Shown here: positions 24,301 to 36,950 of the stretch, piece by piece
How the letters are laid out: every line of letters begins with the position of its first letter
How positions within the stretch are numbered: position 1 is the stretch's first letter
DNA from: Macrostomum lignano
Taxonomy: Eukaryota
Assembly: GCA_002269645.1 (NCBI GenBank)
Contig: NIVC01001387.1
Location: 66,136 to 130,135 of the forward strand
Length of the DNA stretch: 64,000 nt
Direction of reading: 5' to 3'
Notes under the pieces: model-generated
Database searches by the model: none
Told to the model about the DNA's origin: nothing
The model's input: the letters and a program-made list of their open reading frames with translations, nothing else
Position numbers and translations under genes: made by a program

Positions 24301-27300
24301 ATCCGTACTGTGCCAGACAAATAACTTCACTATTATTTATCTGGTACCAAATGAATAATAGTTATGTTATTCATCCAATTCCAGATGAATAGTCACTGCC
24401 TTTTTAAATACATTATTAATTAACATTAACAATTACATAAGTAAGATTAAACTTAAAGCTAGATAAAATTGCTTATAAGAATCATTATACCATAGTCTGG
24501 ATCATGTTGGGTGCAAGAGAAAAAATGCAAAAAACTACTATCAGTGGTGATGCTAATCTTAATTTGGTAATCTCTTTTGCTATTACTTAGAATTTGATTA
24601 CAAATAATGTCAACAAATATTGTATTTAAATTAATTTTTTTTCAAAAACAAAAACATTGATTGAGAAAGTCCTAAATATATGAACTTGGAAATTAATAAA
24701 CATTTTGAATGTCTTCAAATAATAGCACAATAAGTGTACAAAATGCTAATGCCAAACTAAAAACTTATTCTTGTGTTGAAAATTCTTGTATCTTTAACCT
24801 GCCCCTGCATTGTTCTGACTTTGTGCCTCTGACATAAGTCCTAAATTCCAAATATATTACATCACAGTTCTGTTGAATTCCATCATTTTAGATCAACCAT
24901 CAGATAATTTAATTAATTACAAGTTTGATAAATTGGCATCAATTTCAAAAAACAGGGTGTCAAGTTGTTATTGCAGGGCCAAATCCAGGAATACAGAAAT
25001 GAAAGTCAGGATACCATGTCATCTGTAAATCACAAAAAACCTAACTGATAGCAATATATAATTTATTAGAAAATTTTTTTTTATGATTTTGTTTCATTTC
25101 TTGAACCTCTTAGTTATGAAATTTCAAAGTAGCTATACCTTGTGGATAGCTATAACTGCCTTAGTTTATCATATAAAAAGCTGATACTTAGCTTAAACTT
25201 GAGTTTTTTTCCTTTTTGTTTAATATCTTAAAACCTTTAGAAGAGGGGGGGCCGTAGCCCAGCGGTAGCGCAGCTGCTCTGGTGTGCCGCGACCCAGGCT
25301 CGATTCCAAGTGCAGCCACATTAATTTGGGGCTGAATTGGAATTTCGGCTTGGCTCGCTTGTGCAATTAACGGCCTTGAGAGCCAACCCCCCAAGGCGCA
25401 GTGAAGTGTACATGCCTAACGATAAAATAAAGTTAGGGCCGCTGTACACTCCTGTGTGAGTGTGTGCCTGTGTACGTATCCGTGCGCTTGTATGCCTGCT
25501 CAGGGGAGTCGGCGGAATAGGCAGTAATGCCTCTCGCCGGTTGTGTGCCTATGTCGCTTAAAGTGCGCCAGGGTGCACACAACCCCCCTGCCTCTAATAA
25601 TCTAATAAAAAAAACCTTTAGAAAGTTTAGTAAATAGCAATGCCAAAATGCCTAAATAAAAGGCCTAAGTAGGATTTAGAATTAGAATTAATTTATTGCA
25701 CATATCAAGGAGCTTTTTGTTTTACTATAATTATAGCTATGGCAGTTAAAAATACAAATTCTTAATGATTAGGAAGAAGTCATCAGTGTGCCTGACTACT
25801 AAATCTATGATGCAAAAAGTCATTGAAGCATTAATCAGCATTGAAATTTCAACTTCAAATTATAATCTATATTATTATCACTACACTGCATGCACATATA
25901 CTGATATTATGTCATATACATAAGTTGCAATTGCAAAAAGTGAATGGAATTAGACTTTACAAATAAATATAACTCTGCTTATTGACAGATACTTCCAAAT
26001 TTTACAGTTGTTTCCCTAATTATATTTTATTACCTGTAGAATGGCCCATTCAACAAGCTTGAAGATCCAGTCTGCTGTGTCAAGTACTGCCAATCTGTGC
26101 CAAATTTCGCCGTTGCCAGTGGATTTCAGGTGTGTAATGTGTGACAATTGATATGCACTCATAGAAGAGTTGACATCCTAATAGTTATAAAATTATTGAT
26201 ACAGCACCTGGTTTGTTTTTTATATGGGTTTTAAATTAAATGGCATTCAGTTTAGAAAAAAGCTGCATAACAAAATGAAAGTTGATGTGTCATTACACAT
26301 GGTATGCTATGGCAAAAAACCCATAGTAGTAGCAGTAGTGGAAGCAGCTCTAGTAGTAGTATAAGCAGTAGTAGTAGTATAAGCAGTAGTAGTATACGGT
26401 AGTATACGCAGTAGTAGTATAAGCAGTAGTAGTATAAGCAGTAGTAGTATAAGCAGTAGTAGTAGTATAAGCAGTAGTAGTAGTATAAGCAGTAGTAGGA
26501 GTAGTAATAGTAGAAGCTGCAGCAGTAGGGTATGAGTAACTGGTAAAGTAGCCTACTGTTCCTACTTCTAAGTAGTATTGCAAAAAAGCAACCCCCATTT
26601 TATTCAAGGTTGAAATTCGCGACCCATCGGCCAACAATGCCGTGGTAAAGAATTTTCATAGATTCAAATCGCCAGTTCGCTCCATCGCTTATCGCGGCTT
26701 AGGCAGCGGATTAATCGCTGTTGGCGAGACCAATGGTCACCTGTCTGTGCACAGTGTTGCTATGCGGACCGAACTGCGTCATATGACTGCTCATACGGCC
26801 GCCGTAACGGGCCTCGCTTTTCTAGCTGGCGTTGTTGGCGGCGGCTCGACTCTGTCCGCTGCGCCAAAGCTGGCCTCTTGCGCCGAAGATGGTCGCTGCC
26901 TACTGTGGGACGTGTCCGATCCTCAGGTGAGCTAATTAATGCTCAGATTCATATATAACATAGATATATACATAGATAGCCTGGATAGATAACACAGACG
27001 GTTGTGATAAGATAATGTAGACAGGTAGATTTAGGTAGACAAGTCAGTAGATAAGGTAGACAAGTCAGGTAGATATGGTAGACAAGTCAGGTAGATAATT
27101 CAGACAGGTAGATAATGCAGAAAAGTAGAAATGGTATTAGGTAGATGAGGTAGTCAAGTCTGGTAGATAATGCAGACAGGTTGTCACAGGTAGGTAGGTA
27201 GCCAGGTAGATAAGGTAGTCAAGTCTGGTAGATAATGCAGACAGGTTGTCACAGGTAGGTAGGTAGCCAGGTAGATAAGGTAGGCCTATACATATGCAAA

Positions 27301-28996
27301 AAAATCGATGCAACACATGCATATATTAGTCAACGTAAATTAAAAGACAGACGAATTTATATTTCAGGGCCAACCGCTCATGGAATTCGATCTGTCATCG
27401 GCATCGAGCTCCACTTCCGTGTCCGCTCCACCTGCCGACGCCACCGCAGCAGCGATGGACAAAGCAACCGCGTTAGACGCCAGCCAGACAGACTGCAACC
27501 TGCTAGCCTGCGGCATGATCAACGGTCGGGCCTATCTATTAGATTCTAGGCAGCCTAGGCCAGCCCTAGTTCTGTCTCACGAGCACCCCGTCACCTGTGT
27601 TAGACTGGCCCCCGGCGACAATGCGCTGTACGTAGCTGGCGACTGTTGGGTGCGGGCGCTGTCGCTGCATCAAGGCGGCCGGCAGATTGCCGCTTATAGG
27701 CGGCATCACAAACACGTCACTGATCTGGCTGTTGGACGGGGCGCTCTGCTCTCCTGCGGCTTGGATGGGCTTGTCAAGGTAAAGATCCTCAGTTGCTTGG
27801 CCTCCCATATCCTCAGTTGCTTGGCCTCCCATATCCTCAGTTGCTTGACCTTCCAGATCCTCAGTTGCTTGACCTTCCAGATCCACAGTTGCTTGACCTT
27901 CCAGATCCACAGTTGCTTGACCTTCCAGATCCTCAGTTGCTTGACCTTCCAGATCCTCAGTTGCTTGACCTTCCAGGTCCTCAGTTGCTTGACCTTCCAG
28001 ATCCTCAGTTGCTGGGCCAGCCTCCCAGAGTGTCAGTTGCTGGGCCAGCCTCCCAGAGTGTTAGTTGCTGGGCCAGCCTCCCAGATCCCAAATAAAGTAT
28101 CAACATGTAGATATTGTGCATCCAACACGACGTCCACCCTGCCACCGCAGGTAACTGATCTGCTGACCTATGAAGAGGTTCAAAAATACGAATACCCGAA
28201 CTGCGGTCTGCTCAGCATGGCGCTCTCGCCCGGCGAGGCCGACTGTCTGGTCTTGGGCACGAACGATCGCTGGCTGTTAACTCGGCGTTACGAATCGCCG
28301 GCCGCAGCCGCCGAGGCCGCGGAGGCGGCGAAGTCGATGTCGGCCGCGATGAAAGATCCCTATTTGAAAGCGGTGAAGGCTTATCAGGTGGGAGCTAAAC
28401 ATCAGTAACTAATTAGCTGACGAGGCTACTTTGGTTCGTTCAAATTTACTCCCGCCGTCTACCTAACCTCCCAGGTAATGCCAGCCCGACCAGAAGACGT
28501 GGTCGCCCCGGGCCCGGGTAGATCTCGCCGGCCTCGTCAGCAGCTGGATCAGTTGGATCGATTATTGAAAAAATTTCGTCACTCCGACGCTTTAAGTCAC
28601 GTGATATCCAAAGGCCAGCTCAAGCGTAAGCCTCAACAAGCGGCCGCAGCAATGCGAGAACTGGCTAGACGAGGCGCCCTGGCCACCGCTCTGGCTGGTA
28701 GGCCCGATGTCCACGTTGCCGCCCTGTTGAAATTTGTACTTCACAGTCTGGGCAACCAGGACATGGCCGAGGACGCCCTGCCACTGGCTAGCGATCTAAT
28801 TGAAATCTACGCCGCGCCTAGGGAGCTCCGGGCTCGACCAGGAATTCGACCGCTGTTTGAACGCCTTCGAGCACTTTTAGCTAGGGAAATCGAATTGGGG
28901 AAACAGTCGGCTATGTGTCTGGGACGGGTTGGCCTGCTGCTTGATACGTCTGCTGCTGCTGGGGGCCTGGCTGGCTCCGGGGGTGCCGCTCTGTGA
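18316..28996 (+). CDS. UTP15: U3 snoRNA-associated protein 15 (WD40 + UTP15_C), 6 coding exons, about 554 aa
   Basis: Exons 18316-18402 (MAEFKGLSV...LFWPNLK|GTAGGT), 26040-26129, 26609-26926, 27368-27778, 28151-28387, 28475-28996. All junctions are GT-AG and phase 0. WD repeats (KNFHRFK, H.AAV..L.F, CLLWDV, HHKHVTDL, GLDGLVKV) and C-terminal DRLLKKFRHSDAL...ALAGR follow the UTP15 pattern. Confidence 0.9.
18847..18997. repeat. Near-perfect 151-bp hairpin (small MITE-like palindrome) in UTP15 intron 1
   Basis: GCGCAACCTTGGGATTCAC...AGAACAGT-GACT-ACTGTTCT...GTGAATCCCAAAGTTGCGC; arms of about 70 bp with few mismatches. Confidence 0.92.
19915..20060 (+). mobile_element. Non-autonomous Helitron-like 5' end
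   Basis: CTATATACTAAAAATGAGTTGTTTGTTTGT...GGCTGGACCGATTTT resembles the 5' ends of invertebrate non-autonomous Helitrons. No 3' hairpin-CTAG end identified. Confidence 0.4.
20525..22745. repeat. Satellite, 22-23 bp unit (AAA(A/C)AATCATAGAAGCGTCATGT), about 2.2 kb
   Basis: Roughly 95 tandem copies with recurring variant blocks. Confidence 0.98.
22800..23830. repeat. Degenerate repeat block (GAGAT(G/T)TCAAGGCTTA motifs, about 470-bp duplication, short TTAGGG run)
   Basis: GTCATGTCGAAGTTAAAAGATTCATTTGGGAAT near 23045 recurs with variants near 23485; GGTTAGGGTTAGGGTTAG near 23615. Confidence 0.65.
25243..25610 (+). mobile_element. tRNA-derived SINE, family B, full-length with 13-bp TSD
   Basis: A box GTAGCCCAGCGG, B box GGCTCGATTCC, tail CTAATAAAA. 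TSD AAAACCTTTAGAA at 25230-25242 and 25611-25623. Confidence 0.88.
26325..26515. repeat. (AGT)n-derived microsatellite in UTP15 intron 2
   Basis: AGTAGTAGTATAAGC repeats. Confidence 0.95.
27030..27290. repeat. GTAG-rich degenerate repeat in UTP15 intron 3
   Basis: GGTAGACAAGTCAGGTAGATAA motifs plus an approximately 68-bp duplication. Confidence 0.85.
27783..28088. repeat. 24/28-bp minisatellite in UTP15 intron 4
   Basis: AGATCCTCAGTTGCTTGACCTTCC units grading into AGATCCTCAGTTGCTGGGCCAGCCTCCC. Confidence 0.95.
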
Positions 28997-29014
28997 TTGG
29001 CTTGAGCTTAATTC

Positions 29015-29185
29015 CCTCTGATCCTACTGTAGGTTGCCGCTGCCCCCTCTGATCCTATTTTAGGTTGCCGCTGCCCTCTCTGATTCTATTGTAGGTTGCC
29101 GCTGCCCCCTCTGATCCTACTGTAGGTTGCCGCTGCCCTCTCTGATCATACTGTAGGTTGCCGCTGCCCTCTCTGATCCTATTGT
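29015..29185. repeat. About 30-bp tandem repeat in the UTP15 3' region
   Basis: CTGATCCTACTGTAGGTTGCCGCTGCCCC(T), about 5 copies. Confidence 0.9.
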
Positions 29186-29825
29186 TGTAAGTTATATTTT
29201 AAAAACCGACTATTTAAAGATTTAGCGTTTCTTAAAAGCATTTAGCTGATTCTTCTGTCTAATGCTGCGCAGTAGTTATTGAATTCAGGGCAGTTAAGCT
29301 AATCGTGTGCTAACTCAACTAAATGTTAAGCATTTGCTTGGCAAGATCTTTTGTACAAAAATATAAAAGCACCCATTTGTTCCTCGGCGATTTTGTTGAT
29401 GAAGTTGCCACTTTTCTTGTTGTTTTCCGGAGTCAAATACTAAAAAACTACTCTTGTTAGTAGTTTGAGCGAGCATTTTAGCCAAAAATTTACTCATGGA
29501 AAAAAGTCTAGGTGTTTTCTTGAAGTTTAGAAGAAGAACTTTACAAATTTCTTATTTCCATTACTAAGTCACTTTTCTTAATGTCAAGGTACAAATTTTT
29601 CTACATTTATGAATCAAGCACACAAAAGTACAAAGAAACAAACACACTGGAGAAAATGTTTGTCGAATAAAGACTTGGCGTTTGCCTATGCTAAAATAAT
29701 TGTAAATAATAATTGCGCTTCTCTTCCCCTCGGAACTCGGTCTTGCTCCATCAAACAATCTCTCCGTCTCGAAACGGGCAAACACAAGTGTCTTATAAGC
29801 AAAAAAGAATCGAAGCATTGAGATT

Positions 29826-32800
29826 ATGAGCAGCAGTAGCAATCAGCAGCAGCCTGTATTGACAGCCAGTCAGTTATTAAAGCGTCCATCAGTGTTGGTT
29901 CAGCCAACCTCGATGTCTGTTACCTCAACAGCAGCAGCTTCAAAGTCATCTGCTTCGGCTAATTTCGTTACTGCTGGCAAGCGGCTCCGGCTGCATCGTC
30001 TTGGCGATGCTGCGGCTGACTCGCCTCCTCCTGTTGTTGAATCATCGCCTGGCGCGTCAATCATCCAGCATCAGCAGCAGCAGCTTCATCATACTGTTGA
30101 TAATAACGGCGGCAATGTAGGCGATGATCATCAGGGAGTCTTGCCAGCCGAAATCATTGTCGGCAATCATAATTCTACCGACGATAATAGCGTCAAAGAT
30201 GATGATCATGAAGACGACGTTCTTGCCGATGTGCTTGGAGTTGCTAGGCAGCAGCGCAGTGGTGGCGGCCGCAGTCGTCGGTCAGTTGTTGAAAACAACG
30301 GCCAGGACGTTCTGCTAACCAACGCTTCGTCGTCCACAACGGCCAAGAACGGCGCCGTTGTTAAAAGCCTGCCATCGAATCCTAGGCGGACTGTCACCGT
30401 GCGACTCGCTAGACCGTCGGCTACTTCGCCAACAACCACAGTGGTCGTATCGCCGACATCAGCAGCAGCGACTTCGATCAGCATTGGCGGCCAGATGGAC
30501 GACGATGTCATTGTCGACGATGAGGTTCTTGACGAGGACAATGAAGATGTTGATGACGAAGATGCCATCGTTGGCCAACTGTTGTCGGCTGCAGCCGCTT
30601 CCACAGCTTCATCCTTATCGCCGACATCGTCTACTTGGACTCCGACAGCGTCGAATTCTTCGGCGACAAATTCTTCAACTGTTTGCTGCTCGGTGTGCGG
30701 CACCAATCGTCGAGTTAATTTGCACTACGGCGTGCACGCCTGCGAAAGTTGTCGGAATTTTTTCAAACGAGCTCTGGCTAATAATCAGCAATCGTCTGTG
30801 TCGGACGTCGGCGGCTCGTTGTCGCCTCCGACGCGTCTAGTCTGCGTACGCGGCGGCAATCAGTGCGACGTGACGCCGAATAATCGGTCGGATTGTAAAG
30901 CCTGTCGATTGCGCAAGTGCCTGGCTGTTGGCATGAGCCGAGAGTCGTGCAAACTGGGGCGTAGACCGCTGGCTGCTCAGACTGAGACAACAGTAGCCGT
31001 AGGCGATGATTCGCTTAATAGGGCCAGGGCGCTGTCGGATTTGCAGCTGCAGGAGGCCTTGCAACAGGCTAGGGCTGAGGACAGAGTGAGTTTTTAGCTT
31101 CTAAATATGAAAGAGCGTAGCTAATAGCTGTCTAATAAAATGCATTCGACTTTAAAACATTGCGCAATAATTAGGACTACAGGGAATAAAAGGAATAAAA
31201 GACAATCGAGTGGCATATTTGGGGACTGATAGTAAATAAGGTGGCTGAGCTGGAAGACTAAGGGAGAGGCTGATGTTGGAAACTAAGGGACCATGGGAGA
31301 GGCTGATGTTGGAAACTAAGGGACCATGGGAGAGGCTGATGTTGGAAACTAGGGAACCATGGGAGAGGCTGATGTTGGAAACTAAGGGACCATGGGAGAG
31401 GCTGATGTTGGAAACTAAGGGACCATGGGAGAGGCTGATGTTGGAAACTAAGGGACCATGGGAGAGGCTGATGTTGGAAACTAGGGAACCATGGGAGAGG
31501 CTGATGTTGGAAACTAAGGGACCATGGGAGAGGCTGATGTTGGAAACTAAGGGACCATGGGAGAGGCTGATGTTGGAAACTAAGGGACCATGGGAGAGGC
31601 TGATGTTGGAAACTAAGGGACCATGGGAGAGGCTGATGTTGGAAACTAAGGGACCATGGGAGAGGCTGATGTTGGAAACTAAGGGACCATGGGAGAGGCT
31701 GATGTTGGAAACTAAGGGACCATGGGAGAGGCTGATGTTGGAAACCAAGGGACCATGGGAGAGAGTTTTAGTTCAAAAAGTATTCATTCATATGCTGTAA
31801 ATATAATTACCATTCAACCCAACACTCAGGTCCTTCACCGTCGAGTAGTACTCAAGACGTCGCCGCATCAGCCAGCCAGTGCCAGCAGTTTCGCTGTTCC
31901 ATCGTCAAGCAGCGCTTCAACTGTTGGTGTAGCATCTCCGCCAGCCATTGAGATCATCCGCGATCTGACAACGCAGCAGCCTGCAGCCTCTAGCGAAGAG
32001 TTTCAACAGTTGAAATCGTCTCTCATTGATCAGTGCCAGCAATTGGCTGGCGGAAATCGAACACGCGACTCGATTGGTCAGCTGATTCGCCAATTGTCAC
32101 CGGCTGTGTTGCGATCAGTTGAACAGCGAAACCCGGCTGGTCGGGCCCAGTTCTGCGCCCAGCTAATTCGAGTTTCGGGAAATCTATCAGGTAACAAGCA
32201 GCAGCAACAACAGCAGCAACAACAACAGCAACAAGATGCATCCGTTGTTGTCGCCTCCGAGGTTGTTCACGAAGAGGTTGTCCGTAATGAATCCGACACA
32301 GATTCTGATGTTGAACAGGCGTCTTATGGTCAGCGTCAGCAGCAGCAGCAGCAGCAGAAACAACCTCAGTTGCCATCTGCCACAATGATTAAGCTTGCTC
32401 CCCAAGGTACTCAGCAGCCTCAATCTGCATCAACTCCAGCTGTGACAGCCAGTCGGTCTCAAACTCGAACTCAACTAACTCGCCAGTGTCACTCAATAGC
32501 CGACGAGGACTTTAAAATCCTACCAGTTCAACGAGAGTACTGCCGCGATTTGCTCAGCGAAATGATTCAACAATTGGAAGATCCCGTGTTGGACTCGGTG
32601 CTTCGAAGGCGTCAGGCCAGAGATAGACTCTGTCGCGAATTAGTGAAGATCTCCTTGGAGATTATGGCATCCGGGCGGACGGCTAGGAATCTTGTACCGT
32701 TTGGCTATTCGCCAACGTCCATTGTTGAACAGTTGCAATTGTACTTTAAAATCGTATTCGGCCCGGACATGCTGCAGGAGATTGTGCAATCGTCGCAGGA

Positions 32801-33770
32801 CTTGAAAAACACTCCACCTCAGATGGACTCGACCGAGAATTTTCGCGACTATTTGTGGAATCTGTACGTTTTCCGAATGAACTTTATCCTGTCCAAGGTG
32901 TGCGATTTTGCTATTAAATTTGGAGAATTTCAATCATTGTCAACCGCGGATCGCTGCCAGATTGTGTTGAACTGTTTCAAAGCTGCCGCCATTCTGATCC
33001 ACTCCCAATTTTGGGTGGTGTCGCCTGCCTGCTACCTGCTAGTGCAAGATCGCAGTCTCAGTCTGGCCGATATGAAGGCTCATTTCTTGTACGGCGAAGA
33101 GTTTGTCAGGCTGTCGTTCGAGTTCACTAAGGATCTGGTTGAGCTCCGGCTCAAAGAGGAAGAATTCGTCATCTTTCTCACTTTGGTTATCTTCTTCTTT
33201 GGTGAGCGGGGCTTTGTCTGTTGCTTGCTTTTTTTAACTGACCGTCTGAGGACTAAAAACTATCTTAGATTCTATTTTGCCGTCTATACTCTATCCTATA
33301 GATTCTATCCACCCCTGTTTATCTATCACATCAACTTTGCACAATTTTACATTTATTATAGTAGATAGAAGAAAGGTTTACTTATTCGTTACTAATTCGA
33401 GAATATGCTAGCTTAAATGTGTTATTCATTGCACCCCTACCACACAGACACAGGCAGCAGCCTATCACCGCCGGACCTATCCGGCCGGGGCATTCTAACC
33501 AACATGCGCAGGCAGCTGTTCTCAAAACTCGAACGAGTTGTTGGCCAGCAGCGTCGCTACCTTCGCGTACTGCAACTTTGGCGCTCATTGAAAAAGCTAG
33601 TCACCGAGGAGGACAAATGCGTCGGCAATTCGGCTAGTAAAATAGTTGATAAGTGTTTGCAGCACTATAATAGCGGCTCGGATAATGCCAATGCGATTCG
33701 ACTGTATCCGGATCTGTTTTTAACTAAACAGACACATCTAGTGCAGATCTGGCTGTCTGGCAAGAAGTGA
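29826..33770 (+). CDS. Divergent nuclear hormone receptor (NR1-like), 3 exons, about 984 aa
   Basis: Exons 29826-31085 (AGA|GTGAGT), 31830-33201 (G|GTGAG, phase 1), 33448-33770. DBD CSVC-X14-CESC...C-X6-C-X9-CKACRLRKC then GMSRESCKLGRRP. LBD with FAIKFGEFQSLSTADRCQIV, LRLKEEEFVIFLTLVIF and C-terminal LYPDLFL. Confidence 0.92.
31262..31762. repeat. 33-bp minisatellite in nuclear receptor intron 1
   Basis: GGGAGAGGCTGATGTTGGAAACTAAGGGACCAT, about 15 copies. Confidence 0.97.
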
Positions 33771-34044
33771 AAGTTTAAATCGACGAGCCTCGAGACTGTA
33801 ATCTAAGCAACGTTGTTATTAACTGCTCTCATCATAAACATAACCACAGATCCTAAAATAACTGGTTCGGCCTCTGAGGCATATAATGCTTAGTAAACAG
33901 TTGTCTACATTCAGTTCAGTAAAAATGAAGAATAAAATGAAGAAAAAAGGCAGTTAAATGGCTTGATAGACGTGAATAAACAACTTGCTATTTAGCTTCA
34001 GTCATAATATACATTTAGCCACGGCCATTGAGAATGTACATTAT

Positions 34045-34375
34045 AGTTTTAGGCGGGAACACAGAGGAAGGCAATAAAAATTGGGGGGTAGAGATTCTGT
34101 ACGCCACCGGAGGGGTTTAGCTAGGCGGGGCACTGAAATGTACAGTAGATAACGGTTTTGGGCTGAAACAGTGAAGGCAATAAAAATTGGGCGGGGGTAG
34201 AGATTTTGGGTGGAACGATGCGACCGAAGGGGTACAGTTGTGGGTGGGAGTGGGAGCACTAAAAATGTACATAGCAGTAGCTTTGGCCAGGAACCGAGGA
34301 AGGCGATAAAAATTTGGGGGAATAGGGGCGGGGGTAGAGTTTTTGTGTGGAACGACGCGGCGGGGGTAAGGGAAC
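34045..34375. repeat. Degenerate tandem triplication, about 120-130 bp unit
   Basis: GAAGGCAATAAAAATTGGG...GGTAGAGATT recurs three times. Confidence 0.7.
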
Positions 34376-35639
34376 CATAATAAAGTGTCTTTGAATAAAT
34401 GCTTTTCTACTGTACTGAAAGTAGCTTACGCGCACATGTGCCGAGTGGCTAAATCAAGTTGTTTTCATGTCTCTGGGGATTCTCTGCCTACTACAATAGT
34501 CAACTCGCGATCTTAAATAAATATCATTCTTATTATTTGTTACTTGTAGGCTTCTAAACCGTGCTTTATCTTTTTGTAAAGCAAAATCAATTGTTTCGTA
34601 GTCTTGTTTTTGCGTTATAATGTTAATATATCGACTTATTGTTTATTGTTGTTTAACTATTATTAATTAATTTTTGTTTAAGTGTGACAATTCTTTAAAC
34701 TAAATTTATATTTGGTGACTGTAATTTACTGCTAATATTGCACTACTGTTTATATCACTTATGATGATTTTTTCTGTTTATAATGCTTTTCTCCAGCCTT
34801 AGTAGAAAGTCTTAATATTTTGTTTAATAAAGTATAGCATTGCGGATTTGTATTCATTGCAGGGATGTTAATAGCTGAGTTAACTCAAATTGTAGCTAAG
34901 TCTACTGAATTGTAGCTGAGTCAAATAAAACGATAGCTGAGTCTACTCAAGCGATAGCTGAGTCTACTCAAGCGATAGCTGAGTCTACCCAATAACAATT
35001 TGATCTATTGTTTTTCTATTTAAGCAAACATCTGCCCTGCACCGTGTGCACTGTATTGAAAAATCATATAATATTCCCTGTGCAGTGTCTGTGCATAACT
35101 ATATACTCACTTCCATTATTAGTTCGCTTTTTGGTTTCATTATGTATAAACTATCTAACTATAATAAATCTAAAACTGAATAGTTTACGACAGGCCTTAC
35201 AAAAAATACTGTTTAAAGTTTCTGTCTGTCTCGTTCTCTAATATGTTAACTAATTTTCATTGTTGTGTTTGAGTAGCTTGCAAATGGATTTTAATGTCAG
35301 TAAACAATTCATTAACTACTGCTTTATATTTTATTATTAATGCTATTAGTTGTACTAATTGCTTTATAATGGTTGGCATATGAAAATTCATGTTTCATCC
35401 GTTTTTGCAGCTATTAACTATTAAATAATAATAATTTGTTATATATACTGATTGTATTGTTTTCTATTTGTAGTTTACTCGGTATTGCGTGCATATTGTT
35501 GATTAGTGACCCATTGATCTCTCTTAGGCCAACTCGCTGGGGAACTGTAACTTCATTTTATTTTAGTCTGGTTATTTTGTTTTTAATCATGTAGCCACAA
35601 GAATTAGTTACATTTAATGATTTTATAGCCTAATCTGGT

Positions 35640-36085
35640 AGCCTAATTAGATTAAATCTGGAAACCTAATTAGGTTGAGTCTGGTAGCCCAATTAGGTTA
35701 AATCTAATAGTCTAATAAGGTTAAATCTAATAGTCTAATTAGGTTAAATCTAGTAGTCTAATTAGGTTAAATCTAGTAGTCTAATTAAGTTATATCTAGT
35801 AGTCTAATTAGGTTAAATCTAATAGTCTAATTAGGTTAAATCTAATAGTCTAATTAGGGTAAATCTAATAGTCTAATTAGGTTAAATCTAATAGTCTAAT
35901 TAGGTTAAATCTAATAGTCTAATTAGGGTAAATCTAATAGTCTAATTAGGTTAAATCTAATAGTCTAATTAGGTTAAATCTAATAGTCTAATTAAGTTAT
36001 ATCTAATAGTCTAATTAGGGTAAATCTAATAGTCTAATTAAGTTATATCTAATAGTCTAATTAAGTTATATCTAGTAGTCTAATT
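35640..36085. repeat. 23-bp AT-rich minisatellite (TCTAATAGTCTAATTAGGTTAAA)
   Basis: About 19 copies. Confidence 0.95.
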
Positions 36086-36950
36086 GGGTCCATTCGGATA
36101 ACCCAGCAGGGTTGGCTTTCAGTATATATTGTTGCATATGTAAAACTATCATTAATAATTAATAAATTTTTCATTAAAATCATCAATACCAATAAATAAG
36201 AACATACTTTAAAAAACTTTGCCTAGAATATTTAGAGTTTGCAATTGTAAAACCCTTTATTCTTCTGATTTTGTTGTTTTTTTAACGCAAAAATGTAGAA
36301 ATGAACATTAAATTCTTTAAATAGTTGCAAACGTGCTCCGCTTCTTCGTTGCCCCTTTCGCCTGAAATATATTTATATATTATTTTCTATATAGCGTCAT
36401 GCTACTGTATTACTGCACTTAGTAGTATATGATATGAATTGTTTCGAGTGTTGCAAGCCAGTATAATAACTTCTATTAAAAATTAATATTTAAAAATGAT
36501 CCTATTAGGATCACTGTGCATCCCAATCGCCCCATCAATTGTTCCCGTTTTCAGCAGCCAATTTTGCAATTGTAAATAATCTATCATTTTTATTCAACTA
36601 ATATTGTTGCCTCAAATGTAATAATATCTGATTGCTGCTGCTACTACTATTCATATATAAACTGTTATTTCTACTGAAAGTAGCATTATTAGCGTGATTT
36701 CATCTACGATTCATGTGTTTTTATTTTAACAGAATTTTCTTCATTCTTTTGTTCTCAATTGCCGAAAATTTAAAACGATAAAATTTGGTGGTTTTGTTTC
36801 AATAAATATAGACATGCAAAAGTAACCCACGTGTTTGATTTTAAATCGACCGAATCATATGAATATTTCATAGTCAAAACCAATATTCAGTGGCGATGTC
36901 TTCTCGACTCTATTGTGCTTTTCTGTTAAAAAGTCAACTGACCCAATTGT

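Larger units (their letters stand above)
19797..24396. mobile_element. Possible foldback-type element: about 75-bp inverted repeats 4.6 kb apart enclosing satellites
   Basis: TGACTATTCATCTGGTATTGGATGAATAA...CTGGTACCAGATAAATAA (about 19797-19870) is mirrored at about 24325-24396. No TSD or transposase seen. Confidence 0.55.

Noticed and set aside
31152-31800. Repeat ORFs in the nuclear receptor intron, including the 5' part of ORF 31722..33368
   Set aside because: 33-bp minisatellite; the true exon starts at the acceptor at 31830.
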